Assembly (NCBI GenBank): GCA_963806975.1
Contig: CAWEAK010000007.1
Span: 56,034 to 120,033, forward strand
Reading direction: 5' to 3'
Length of the DNA stretch: 64,000 nucleotides
Origin: an uncultured Spirochaetota bacterium
GTDB taxonomy: Bacteria > Spirochaetota > Brevinematia > Brevinematales > JAOACQ01
The first letter of the stretch is position 1, and every line of letters starts with the position of its first letter. Below are positions 27,053-36,680 of this stretch, in pieces. Both the position numbers and the translations under genes were made by a program. The notes under the pieces are model-generated. The model was not told the DNA's origin, did no database searches, and was given only the letters and a program-made list of their open reading frames with translations.

Positions 27053-29281
27053 TTGTTTTATTTTCAGCAAAACTTGAAAAAACAAATAATTCCAGGATTA
27101 ATAATTATTTTTGCTATTGTATCAATACTAATGGTATCTCAATATTTTTGGGCTGAATATAATCTGGAACACCAGATTCAATTTAATGCAAACGCGGTAA
27201 TATCCTTATATGATCAGGCTCCTTTCAGAATGGAAGCATCTTTTTTTGCAGGAATCTTATCAGGAATTATTTTTATTTTTCTTCTCATTCGTTTATTCAG
27301 AGTGGAAGACTTGAAAAAGGCCTCTATTATCACAGCTCCTTTTTATTTGGTTTGGATTTTTCCCTTACACCTGGAAAAATATGGTTTGGGTTTTATAAAT
27401 GAAATAATAGCTTTTTCTATCCCGATAATATGCTGTATTCTTATATCATTTATGATAATAATTCAATTTCAAAGACAAAAAAATAAAAAATACTTTAAAG
27501 GATCTTTTCTTATTTCCGGAATTTTTGTCCTTACATTATTTTATTTCGGTCCTCTCCAAATCTACCTGACAAATCCGATGGAGTTTTATTTTCTATTACC
27601 AAGGCTGATTTTTTATCTTATCCCTGCCGCTTTATTTCTGTCAATATTTTTTTCATGGATTATTCTATTGCGTTCTAATTTATCTGATAAGGATGAATCG
27701 CTACATCAAAGGGTTATTTCAATTATTTTAGCCTTGTCGGCAGCATTCTGGATTCAGGGTAATTTACTGGTCTGGAATTACGGTCTTCTGGATGGCAGTA
27801 AAATAAATTGGGGATCAAAAATATTAAACGGAGTTATCGACAGCGGAGTATGGATATTAGTTATCCTGGCGGGAATACTGTTTTACAGGATTATCTATCG
27901 CAGGGCAAAAAAAATTGCCGGGATTTTCATGTTAATCCAGATGATATTTACCATATTACTTTGTTTTCAGCTTCCAAAAAATAACCACCAGGAAGAACAA
28001 AGCTTCAGGCGTTTTACACTGAATGAGGATGAGAAATTTACTTATTCTTCGGGAACCAATATAATTGTATTCGTGCTGGATGAGTTTCAATCAAATATTT
28101 TCAATGAAATTATGATGGAGAAACCTGAATTGAAAAAATATTTTGATGGCTTTACTTATTTTAAGAACAATACGGGTTTTCTGCCATTTACCCTGGGTTC
28201 GATAGGTTACATACTGACCGGACGAGTTTATAATAATGATAAGCCATTACCGGAATTTTTGAAGGAAACTTTTTCAACCCATTCAATTTTAAAGACCCTG
28301 AAAGATAACCGGTTTATAGTTGATTTCTATCCACTGGATTTATCTACTGTATATTTCGATGAACGGAATATTTCCAATATTAAAAAAAGGAATGATCCGG
28401 CTGAGGTTGTAAAAGAGCTGGCTTATCTGTATGATGCGGCACTATTCCGATATGTTCCTCATTTTATTAAACGTTTTATTTATAATGACGGGGAATGGTT
28501 TTTGTACCGCACAGCCGAAAATATCCAATTCAGTAAATTTACCGTCAAAAAAAATAATTCCAAAAATCTGGTTTTAAATGACCGGGCTCGTTTTGTCAAC
28601 AGCATTAGTTTTCTCAATGATATGCTCCTTCAATCCAATTTGGCTGGAAATTCAAACAGGTTTAAGTTTTATCATATTATGGCTGTCCATGCCCCGTTAG
28701 AAATGATTACTGAAAATTATGATGTAAAGGTGGTTGATTATAATAAAACAAATTATAAAACACAGGCGCTAGCTATACTCAAAATTGTAAAGTTTTATCT
28801 GGAACGATTAAAAGAACTTGGAGCGTATGATAATTCTTTCATCTTTTTTATCGCGGATCATGGTAGCGGAAGGACGCCTGATATGTATATTAATCCCGAT
28901 TCACCGAAAGAGCTTGAGAAAACCAGATACAACGAGGAAAACTTTGAATTTTTCAAAGCCCGGGGTAACCCGCTCATGCTTGTAAAAAAGCCCGGCGATA
29001 ACTTCCCTTTAAAAATATCTGCTGCACCGGTTTCTTTAGGAGATATTCCAATAACTATTACTAAAACGCTGAATATTCAATCTGATTTTGAAGGGCAATC
29101 AATCTTTGAAATAGATCCAAAGGCTGTTAGGGTAAGATACTTTCGGGCAAGCCGGCATGATATAAATCCACCCCCAAATTATATCAACCCTATGACAGAA
29201 TACGAAATAAACGGCGATAGCTGGCTTGACAGCTCCTGGAAATTGACAGGAAGAGTCTTTAATCCTCCGGTAGAAAAATAG
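27053..29281 (+). CDS. Polytopic membrane protein with a C-terminal alkaline-phosphatase-superfamily (LtaS/EptA/sulfatase-like) transferase domain
   Basis: About 300 aa of TM helices, then NIIVFVLDEFQS (metal-binding Asp), FYHIMAVHAPLE and FFIADHGSG motifs. There is no C/S-x-P-x-R formylglycine motif. Confidence 0.7.
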   Translation: MFYFQQNLKKQIIPGLIIIFAIVSILMVSQYFWAEYNLEHQIQFNANAVISLYDQAPFRMEASFFAGILSGIIFIFLLIRLFRVEDLKKASIITAPFYLVWIFPLHLEKYGLGFINEIIAFSIPIICCILISFMIIIQFQRQKNKKYFKGSFLISGIFVLTLFYFGPLQIYLTNPMEFYFLLPRLIFYLIPAALFLSIFFSWIILLRSNLSDKDESLHQRVISIILALSAAFWIQGNLLVWNYGLLDGSKINWGSKILNGVIDSGVWILVILAGILFYRIIYRRAKKIAGIFMLIQMIFTILLCFQLPKNNHQEEQSFRRFTLNEDEKFTYSSGTNIIVFVLDEFQSNIFNEIMMEKPELKKYFDGFTYFKNNTGFLPFTLGSIGYILTGRVYNNDKPLPEFLKETFSTHSILKTLKDNRFIVDFYPLDLSTVYFDERNISNIKKRNDPAEVVKELAYLYDAALFRYVPHFIKRFIYNDGEWFLYRTAENIQFSKFTVKKNNSKNLVLNDRARFVNSISFLNDMLLQSNLAGNSNRFKFYHIMAVHAPLEMITENYDVKVVDYNKTNYKTQALAILKIVKFYLERLKELGAYDNSFIFFIADHGSGRTPDMYINPDSPKELEKTRYNEENFEFFKARGNPLMLVKKPGDNFPLKISAAPVSLGDIPITITKTLNIQSDFEGQSIFEIDPKAVRVRYFRASRHDINPPPNYINPMTEYEINGDSWLDSSWKLTGRVFNPPVEK

Positions 29282-29357
29282 ATAAATGCTGCCACCAATA
29301 TCATTGTTATTATATAAATAAACTTAACTCTGGGTCTAGGTATAATCCTCTATCCGG

Positions 29358-31232
29358 TTATTGCTTTAACATTGAAATGTACTGACCGAGCAATCCGACA
29401 AACCTTTCCATATCTCCGGTATTCATTTCACCAATATTTGCAATCCTGAAAGTATTGGCTTTCGAGATTTTACCTGGATAGATCGTAAAGCCTCTGTCAT
29501 AAAAATAATCATGCATTTTTTCAAAATTATATCCGGGATAATCCGGTTCTATAATCGCAGTTAACAATTTCGATTGAAGCTCAATAGGTACAATGTATTT
29601 GAGATTCAGATGCTTTAATCCCTCTATCAGAACTTCCCAGCAAGCCGTATATCTTTTATAACGGTTTGTGATTCCTTCGGTCTTCGCTTCGATAATTGCC
29701 TGTCTGAGTGCATAAAAGGTCTGAACGGGCGGCGTAAAACGAGTCTGATGAGTTCTTTCAAAGTGTTCATATTGTTTATACAGATTGAGGTAATAGTTCC
29801 GGCTTTTATTAAATCTGGTTTTTTCAAGAGAGGCTTTATTTGCAATAACAAAGCAGATACCGGCCATTCCCTGTATGTTTTTGTTGGAACTAGCGGTCAG
29901 AAAGCTTATGTTCATTGCTTTCATATCAATAGGAATAGCTGCAAAGGAACTGATGCCGTCAACCAGGAGTTCAATACCGTATTTTACGCATATTTCTCCG
30001 ATAATTGAAACATTGTTCAATAAACCAGTTGTTGTTTCATGATGCACGGTAAACAAATGGGATATTTTTTTATGATTTGAGTCTATTAAATCCATATTTT
30101 TTTTAATCATGGATTCTAATGCAATAAAATCAATCGAATCATCCGGTGGGCTTTTAAACTCCACATAGTTCATTCCGTAAGCCTCTGCGATACGGCACAT
30201 TCTCTCTCCATATGCGCCGTTATTTATGATTAATACCGGATCATCTCCAACAGTCGAGGTAAGCATAGCTTCCATTGCGGCAGTACCCACACCCCCGAAA
30301 AGCACGGTTGTGTATTCCTTCGGATCGGCTACAATAGAAGTAAGTTCTCTTGAAACATACTCCATCAGATCGCCGAATTCTTTTTCCCTTGGGCAGATGT
30401 CAGGAACAACCTGTGCGTATTTAACGCTGTCTGTTGTTGTGGCCGGCCCCGGATTTAAAAGTACATTCCTTTTTACGGAAAGAAAAGCTTCCTTATCGCA
30501 GATAAGCGGGTAGATTTTTGACCTGGCCCTTTCCAGATGATTTTCATCATCGATTTCACACCAGGAATAATCGTCGATTTTCTTAATATAGAATGGTTCT
30601 GCCTTATTTTTAATATGGAGGCTTGAAATTTTCGCAATGGCAGCTTCATAATCCATTTTTTTATTGATCTCAAGTTCCTCTTCAGAATAACTGCATAATT
30701 CGATGAAAGTGGAATAGGATATTTTAGAAATGCCTACTAACTCGCCATAAACATTCTTTAATTTGTCTTTCATTTTAGACACCTGAGTAAGCTGACCTTT
30801 TTCATTTGCCTCAATATATACTTCGTCTTTTGACATTGTAAAGCCGCTTGCCAGAATAACATCTTTTTGAAAATCATTCAACAGGACTTTAAGGCCCAAC
30901 TTATCATATAAAAGATCAGATTCTAAAAGCAAAAAGTCATCTTTGATGATATCCCTCATATTATACAAAGTGCATAAGCTTCCAGAGTTCTCATAATCAG
31001 GATTATATTTGCAGCTTATCAGATAAAAATTCCTAGCGAATTCCTCGTATTTTTTAAAAAGATAGCCTGTCCCGATAAAGATGTTTTCAATACCGGATTC
31101 AATAAGTTTTCTTATCGATTGCTCAATTATAGGTTTTCCTCCGATTTCAAGAAAACCCTTCGGTATATCCTTTGTTCTGTCTTTTAATCTGCTGCCAAGT
31201 CCGGCTGCCAGTATAACCGCAGTTTTAACCAT
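29358..31232 (-). CDS. Bifunctional nucleotidyltransferase (LicC/PntC-like) / 2-aminoethylphosphonate:pyruvate aminotransferase
   Basis: N-terminus AVILAAGLGSRLKDRTKDIPKGFLEIGGKPII (NTP-transferase). The C-terminal ~360 aa is a class V aminotransferase with LLNPGPATTTDSV... and SSNKNIQG (PLP lysine), as in PhnW. Confidence 0.85.
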   Translation of the reverse strand: MVKTAVILAAGLGSRLKDRTKDIPKGFLEIGGKPIIEQSIRKLIESGIENIFIGTGYLFKKYEEFARNFYLISCKYNPDYENSGSLCTLYNMRDIIKDDFLLLESDLLYDKLGLKVLLNDFQKDVILASGFTMSKDEVYIEANEKGQLTQVSKMKDKLKNVYGELVGISKISYSTFIELCSYSEEELEINKKMDYEAAIAKISSLHIKNKAEPFYIKKIDDYSWCEIDDENHLERARSKIYPLICDKEAFLSVKRNVLLNPGPATTTDSVKYAQVVPDICPREKEFGDLMEYVSRELTSIVADPKEYTTVLFGGVGTAAMEAMLTSTVGDDPVLIINNGAYGERMCRIAEAYGMNYVEFKSPPDDSIDFIALESMIKKNMDLIDSNHKKISHLFTVHHETTTGLLNNVSIIGEICVKYGIELLVDGISSFAAIPIDMKAMNISFLTASSNKNIQGMAGICFVIANKASLEKTRFNKSRNYYLNLYKQYEHFERTHQTRFTPPVQTFYALRQAIIEAKTEGITNRYKRYTACWEVLIEGLKHLNLKYIVPIELQSKLLTAIIEPDYPGYNFEKMHDYFYDRGFTIYPGKISKANTFRIANIGEMNTGDMERFVGLLGQYISMLKQ

Positions 31233-31254
31233 TAAAATTCTCCGGGGATAATTA

Positions 31255-32382
31255 TTACTTGATAAAATTCATCAAGCGTTCCTTAACTTCAAAAGGCCTT
31301 ATTTTAGGTCTTGCCAAATTTTCTTTTGATCCTGTCCGGATTCGAATATATATGAAAGTAAGAGAGTGGTTTTTATTCCATTCCGCAACAGCGTTCTTCA
31401 GTTCGTCTGTGTTATGGGCGTAAACAACATTAGGATAGCCGCAGGACGCTGCTATTCCAGGAAAATCAACATTATGAGAAACCGTTTTCTGTCCGCCTGT
31501 TGATTCATTAGCATTGTTGTCAAGTAGTATGTGAAGCATATTTTCATGTCTGTAATAACCGTTCGTTGCCAGGGAACCCATCCTCATCAGAACAGCGCCG
31601 TCTCCGTCAATAACTATAATACCTTTTTTACTCTGCGCTGTAGCCAGTCCAAGCCCTATAGAACCTGCGCAGCCCAGCGAACCGACCATATATAAGTTAT
31701 TGGGAGAGTCTTCGATTTCATAAAGTTCCCTGCCTGTAAAACCTGTTGATGCGATTAAAATCATGTCTTTATCCATAAAAGAAACGATTTTCTGCAGAAC
31801 TTCCATCCTTAACGGCATGCTATCGGTATATTTTGAATCGGTGATTTTAACCTGTATTCTTTCAGGGAGTGTCTGTTCATTTAAAGCCACTTTATCAAAT
31901 GTTCCTTTTCTGACAACGAAAAAGAAACTCTCTTCCTTTTCAATAAACTTGTTTGCCATGTCAAGTTGTTCCAGGGCCTTTTCTTCTATATCCGAAAGAT
32001 ATTCCCATTTTACCTTAATAATATCAAGCATTGAAGTTGTGATCTGTCCCATTAATTCATGCTGCGGTTCATCCTGCAATCCCGGCTCACCCCTCAGGCT
32101 GACAAAACCCAATACCGGGATTTTAAATATGTAATTCAGGGAAGTTAGCGGTGAAACCGCGTTTGTAAGACCAGAATTCTGCATCAATACGACGGATTTC
32201 ATTCCGCCAAGGTATGCCCCGGCGCAGACAGCCACAGCATCTCCTTCATTCGCAGCCATTATATAAAGGCAATCGTTGATTGCGTAATTTATGAGATCTT
32301 TTAAAAAAGAACAAGGAACACCGCTGAAAAACTGAAATCCGTATTCTTTCATTTTCATTCCGAAATGAAGGGTATTCAGCAT
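31255..32382 (-). CDS. aepY: Phosphonopyruvate decarboxylase (TPP-dependent)
   Basis: FFSGVPCSFL N-terminus and the GDGAVLMRMGSLAT TPP-binding motif. Start chosen at MLNTLHF, 1 nt after the pepM stop. Confidence 0.85.
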   Translation of the reverse strand: MLNTLHFGMKMKEYGFQFFSGVPCSFLKDLINYAINDCLYIMAANEGDAVAVCAGAYLGGMKSVVLMQNSGLTNAVSPLTSLNYIFKIPVLGFVSLRGEPGLQDEPQHELMGQITTSMLDIIKVKWEYLSDIEEKALEQLDMANKFIEKEESFFFVVRKGTFDKVALNEQTLPERIQVKITDSKYTDSMPLRMEVLQKIVSFMDKDMILIASTGFTGRELYEIEDSPNNLYMVGSLGCAGSIGLGLATAQSKKGIIVIDGDGAVLMRMGSLATNGYYRHENMLHILLDNNANESTGGQKTVSHNVDFPGIAASCGYPNVVYAHNTDELKNAVAEWNKNHSLTFIYIRIRTGSKENLARPKIRPFEVKERLMNFIK

Positions 32383-32383
32383 T

Positions 32384-33982
32384 TTAGAACCCCTCCGCTT
32401 TTTGTAAATCAACAATTGTATTTATATCAAGCCATGAACCCTTTATATATTTTACTTTAATCCTGCAGGTTTTAACTGCCTCATTAAGCAGATCGTTCAT
32501 TCTTAAATGCTTGAAATCCGGAAGGCCGGACAACATCTCAAAACAAGATTTTATTGTTTCAACTCCCTTTTTATTTGCCTTAAATAAACCAATAAACTCT
32601 CCGTTAATCTCTTTTCTATCCAGCTTCGATGACATCTTTTCAAAGCATACCGGCTGTAGAAATATTTTTTTTGAATAGGGAGTATCTGTTTTTACATAAT
32701 CATGGAAATTATGCTCATCCCATTCCGTATCAGCATCTACAATAATCGTTATATCGCCGTCATCGTTTAATAAGTCGTTAAGAATATAGCTTTTAAATAT
32801 AATATCCCCATAGCTGACAATCGTATTTTCCATTAACTCATTTCTTGCCAAATAAAGTGAATATAATTCTTTTGTGCAGGCATATTCATCATTATCGACG
32901 GTCTTTATGTTATTCAAAAAAATTTTGTCTTTTGCATAGCCTCTTACCACAGTTATGTCCTTCACACCAACCTGGTTAAACAGGTCAACCAGAGTTGAGA
33001 GAATTGGTTTCCCATTAATTTTAATAAGCGTTTTTGGGATTTCTTTTGTAATTTCGCCGAATTTATCCCCGCGGGCTGCAGCGAGAATTATTGCATTGAC
33101 ATTCTTGCCAGCCGCGGGAAGATATTTTTTTTCCGCATCTTTTAATTCATCCGCTCCCTGAAGACGGAATATTTCGCTTACCGGAGCAATTTTACTTTCA
33201 ACATTAATTAAGGATTCATCATCAAATATCTGCTTTGCCGTATTCTGCATCGATGTGACAGCCGATCTGAGGTTGTGATTTGCCCATATAATCAGGCTTA
33301 TTCCCATGCAGCGAAAAACTTCAGTTGGTATTGAATAATATTTGGTAGGTACTATTACCACCGGATGTCTTCTTTCCCAGACATTCATAAAAGCTTCAAT
33401 ATCGGATGGATCGGATTTCTTGCTATGGACAAGAATAGCATCGGCGCCCGCTTCCCTGTAAGCCTCTGCCCTCCTGACAGCTTCATCAAGACCCCATCCT
33501 GTTATAAAAGCCTCCGTTCTGGCAATAACAACAAAGTCCCTGTCAGTCTGGGTATCTTTGGCGGCTTTTATCTTGCCGCAAAATTCGTCAATATCGGCTA
33601 AAGGCTGTAATTCACCGCCGATGAAAGAATTGTTCTTGGGAAAAAGCTTGTCCTCTATGCATACTCCGGCAATGTTACGCTGTTCAAGCTTGGAAACAAG
33701 ACGGCGTACATTGTTAAAATTACCATAACCGGTATCCCCGTCGAGTAATATGGGAATATTCGTATTATCGCTCATAAATTCAAGCACTTCAAGAATTTGA
33801 GTCCATGACGCCTCATTATTATCCCTGACACCGAGTGAAGCTGATATCGTAAGACCGCTGGCCCAAATACCCTTAAAACCGGTCTCCTCTACAATTTTAG
33901 CGGAAAGCCCGTTATGGGCTTCCATAATAAATTCCAGTTTATTTGATTTTATTAAATTTTTTAATTGTGTTGTTTTTTTCAT
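32384..33982 (-). CDS. aepX: Phosphoenolpyruvate phosphomutase fused to a C-terminal nucleotidyltransferase domain
   Basis: N-terminus [29 protein letters not shown]...[10 protein letters not shown] (PepM/isocitrate-lyase superfamily). The C-terminal ~240 aa reads [33 protein letters not shown] (NTP-transferase). Confidence 0.9.
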   Translation of the reverse strand: MKKTTQLKNLIKSNKLEFIMEAHNGLSAKIVEETGFKGIWASGLTISASLGVRDNNEASWTQILEVLEFMSDNTNIPILLDGDTGYGNFNNVRRLVSKLEQRNIAGVCIEDKLFPKNNSFIGGELQPLADIDEFCGKIKAAKDTQTDRDFVVIARTEAFITGWGLDEAVRRAEAYREAGADAILVHSKKSDPSDIEAFMNVWERRHPVVIVPTKYYSIPTEVFRCMGISLIIWANHNLRSAVTSMQNTAKQIFDDESLINVESKIAPVSEIFRLQGADELKDAEKKYLPAAGKNVNAIILAAARGDKFGEITKEIPKTLIKINGKPILSTLVDLFNQVGVKDITVVRGYAKDKIFLNNIKTVDNDEYACTKELYSLYLARNELMENTIVSYGDIIFKSYILNDLLNDDGDITIIVDADTEWDEHNFHDYVKTDTPYSKKIFLQPVCFEKMSSKLDRKEINGEFIGLFKANKKGVETIKSCFEMLSGLPDFKHLRMNDLLNEAVKTCRIKVKYIKGSWLDINTIVDLQKAEGF

Positions 33983-34043
33983 AAAAAAATGTACCTATAC
34001 AAAAAATATATTATCAGTAATATTGAAGCACATTCAATGAATA

Positions 34044-35171
34044 TTATTTACAGAGCTCAATTATAGCCTCTCCACCGGCTTTTGAGGAATTCAGCCAATT
34101 GAATAAATATTTTTCTCTATAATTTATAATCTTATTTTTGTATAATTCTTTGCAATCTATGAAATCTTTACAGATACTTTGTATATTTCCGATATCATCA
34201 ATTTCAACCGATTTCCCGATCTGGTTCCTGACAATAAATTCAAGCGGTTCAATGCCAAGTTCTTTATAATCTGGATTATCTACCCGCGGAGGCGTATTTA
34301 TGAAAAGCACCGGTCTTTCGGTTCCGAACGCATATTCGAAGGAAATGGCAGACCAGTCTGTAATAAGTATATCGGCCTGGTATATGCTCGTACCTTTAAC
34401 CATGTCAAGTTCCAGGGTTAAATTGGATATTCCCTTAATATTCTTCTGTATTTTTACCACATTATCCCATTTTCTTTTAATAAATTCCGGATGAGGACGG
34501 ATAACAACATCAAATTCGGAATCCTTTAAATTTTTGATCAGGCTGTCTATACATGATTCCAGTATATTGCCGGGATTCCAGGATGGAGCAATCAGGATTT
34601 TCCTTCGGGAATTATCTTCTTTGATAAAATTCTGATGATCATTATAGATTTTTTCAATCCGGTAATAGCCGCAATTAATCAAATTCTTCCGTTTTAAATT
34701 GTAAGTTTCCTCAGCTTTTCTTATTTCTTCAATATCTCTCGGGCCGACACAAAGAATGGTATCATAATGATCGAAGGCGTTTTTATAATATGTCAGGTGA
34801 GTGCTTCCAACTCCATGAAACATATAGACATGGTTAACCGGGTTCTTTGACCTTTTTAAATAAAGGTTATCTAAATCAGGCATTGTCATAACGAGTGCTT
34901 TTGAATCAAGATTTAATATTACCTGTGTTAGAAACTCTTTAAAATATATAGGCTTAAATCTGGGCTCATTCATCTTAAACACAGGATCATTGATATCTGA
35001 TGTGATATAACAAATATCCAGATCCGAATGGTCAATGATGTATTTAATATATCCTTCATAGTATTGATAATAGATATCTTTTTCGGAATAAAAAACAAGA
35101 GTTCTCAATCTTTTCTTTTCTTCAGATATAAACAATATATAATCAAAAAGCTCTTTAATAAACAGGAACAT
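34044..35171 (-). CDS. CDP-glycerol glycerophosphotransferase (TagB/TagF) family transferase
   Basis: KILIAPSW, VVIRPHPE and ADILITDWSAISFEYAF motifs. Confidence 0.75.
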   Translation of the reverse strand: MFLFIKELFDYILFISEEKKRLRTLVFYSEKDIYYQYYEGYIKYIIDHSDLDICYITSDINDPVFKMNEPRFKPIYFKEFLTQVILNLDSKALVMTMPDLDNLYLKRSKNPVNHVYMFHGVGSTHLTYYKNAFDHYDTILCVGPRDIEEIRKAEETYNLKRKNLINCGYYRIEKIYNDHQNFIKEDNSRRKILIAPSWNPGNILESCIDSLIKNLKDSEFDVVIRPHPEFIKRKWDNVVKIQKNIKGISNLTLELDMVKGTSIYQADILITDWSAISFEYAFGTERPVLFINTPPRVDNPDYKELGIEPLEFIVRNQIGKSVEIDDIGNIQSICKDFIDCKELYKNKIINYREKYLFNWLNSSKAGGEAIIELCK

Positions 35172-35207
35172 TATTACCTCTTGAAATTTAACAGCTTATT
35201 TTTCTGT

Positions 35208-35435
35208 TTATTGACCGGTACTCTGGCCTATTTTGAAGATTTTTTTAAAAAATGATTTGATATTGCCCCAGAAAAATTTTACACCCATAATAATACCGAC
35301 AAGACCTCCGGCAAGAACCTGCAAATAAAAATTAATGGAGGCCGGGTCCATATAGGCATAAGTGATTTGAGGAATGGCTACCAGCAGAGCCACCATAAAA
35401 ATCAAAAAATAAGGGAACGCCTTGAATATCGTCAT
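35208..35435 (-). CDS. Small two-TM membrane protein
   Basis: 75 aa, two hydrophobic helices, first ORF of the minus-strand phosphonate operon. No family recognised. Confidence 0.35.
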   Translation of the reverse strand: MTIFKAFPYFLIFMVALLVAIPQITYAYMDPASINFYLQVLAGGLVGIIMGVKFFWGNIKSFFKKIFKIGQSTGQ

Positions 35436-35601
35436 TTTAAGCTCCTCTCTGTTTTGTTAAGATTTGGTTAAGATTGTTAATATATCATTAATTCTATAAC
35501 AATCAACTTAATAAATCAAATATATCGGCCTTTTTATCCGGGAAAGCTTAGGCTTGGATATGTTTCGAGAAAGATAAAGTTCTCAATCCGGCAGGGTTTA
35601 T

Positions 35602-36534
35602 CTATTTTTTCTTTTTCAGGAAAGAAATTGTATCTTTCACTGAAATTTCCGGCGATTCTTCCATAGGAAGATGTCCGGTATTTGTATATATGATCAATAT
35701 AGAGTTAGTAATTTTACTCTTAAAACGATATGCATTCTCGACCGGTATAAGATGGTCTTCCATTCCCCACATTATCAGGGTTGGTGTTTTAATAGTTCTA
35801 ATAAGTCCGGAATTATCTGGATCGTTTATCTTAAAGCGTTCAATCAGAGCATCCCTGTTCCCTTCCCGCATCACCAGTTCATAATACCGCTGAGCCAGAT
35901 CAGGGGTAAACCGGTTTGTATCGGCATAAGCCAGAATTACATTTTTTGATACTGTTTTCCGGTTTGTGAGGAGTTTAATTATTCCGCTCAAAACCGGGTA
36001 TTTTGCAAGCTTTAATACGGGAGAAAGTTTCGATGGACCGGGATAACCCGACGCGTCTTCAAGAATAAGCTTATTGACTTTTTCCGGATGTGCCAGCTCA
36101 TATTCCCAGGCAACCCTTCCGCCCAGAGAGTTTCCGCATAAAGCAAAGTTAGTTATTCCTAAAAAATTAACAAGAAGATCCACCGAAAGGACATAATTTT
36201 TCATCGTAGGGGCATGGCCTTTCCAAGGGCCTGTCAGGCCGTATCCTGGCATATCGAATCTTACAACCCTGAAGCTGTTTGTCAAATCTTTTGTCCATCC
36301 GTCCCAGGTATGGAGTGATGAAGAAAAGCCATGGATCAGTACAATCGGGTACCCCGATCCTTCATCACGGTAATGAAAAGCAGTTCCCTCCAGCATCGCA
36401 AATTTAGAGTTTGAATTTGCATACCTGGGAATCAGCTTCTTTACCGGAATATCAGGATTAGCAAAAAAAATAAGGTAAACGGCACCGAATATCACAATAA
36501 CACAAATAATCCATAAAGGTCTGAATCTTTTCAT
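35602..36534 (-). CDS. Alpha/beta hydrolase
   Basis: PIVLIHGF and GNSLGG (nucleophile elbow GxSxG), with a C-terminal GH. N-terminal membrane anchor. Confidence 0.8.
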   Translation of the reverse strand: MKRFRPLWIICVIVIFGAVYLIFFANPDIPVKKLIPRYANSNSKFAMLEGTAFHYRDEGSGYPIVLIHGFSSSLHTWDGWTKDLTNSFRVVRFDMPGYGLTGPWKGHAPTMKNYVLSVDLLVNFLGITNFALCGNSLGGRVAWEYELAHPEKVNKLILEDASGYPGPSKLSPVLKLAKYPVLSGIIKLLTNRKTVSKNVILAYADTNRFTPDLAQRYYELVMREGNRDALIERFKINDPDNSGLIRTIKTPTLIMWGMEDHLIPVENAYRFKSKITNSILIIYTNTGHLPMEESPEISVKDTISFLKKKK

Positions 36535-36680
36535 AGTGCCTCCATACTTATATAGTGTATTAAACTATCTTGAAAAAAGCAAAAAAACAAATTTTAATTA
36601 GAAAATTAAGTTACATAATGTTTTTGTCTTTATTGCAGTTTATTGTTTACCGCATTATAATTCTAATTATTGGGGGTATC

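Noticed and set aside
31763-32134. 123-aa plus-strand ORF
   Set aside because: It is antisense within the phosphonopyruvate decarboxylase gene.
36570-36680. TTG-initiated hydrophobic N-terminal extension of the activase ORF
   Set aside because: BadF/BcrA-type ATPases begin at the ..LGID.GS.. motif. ATG 36681 directly precedes that motif and follows a G-rich RBS-like sequence, so the extension is probably untranslated leader.
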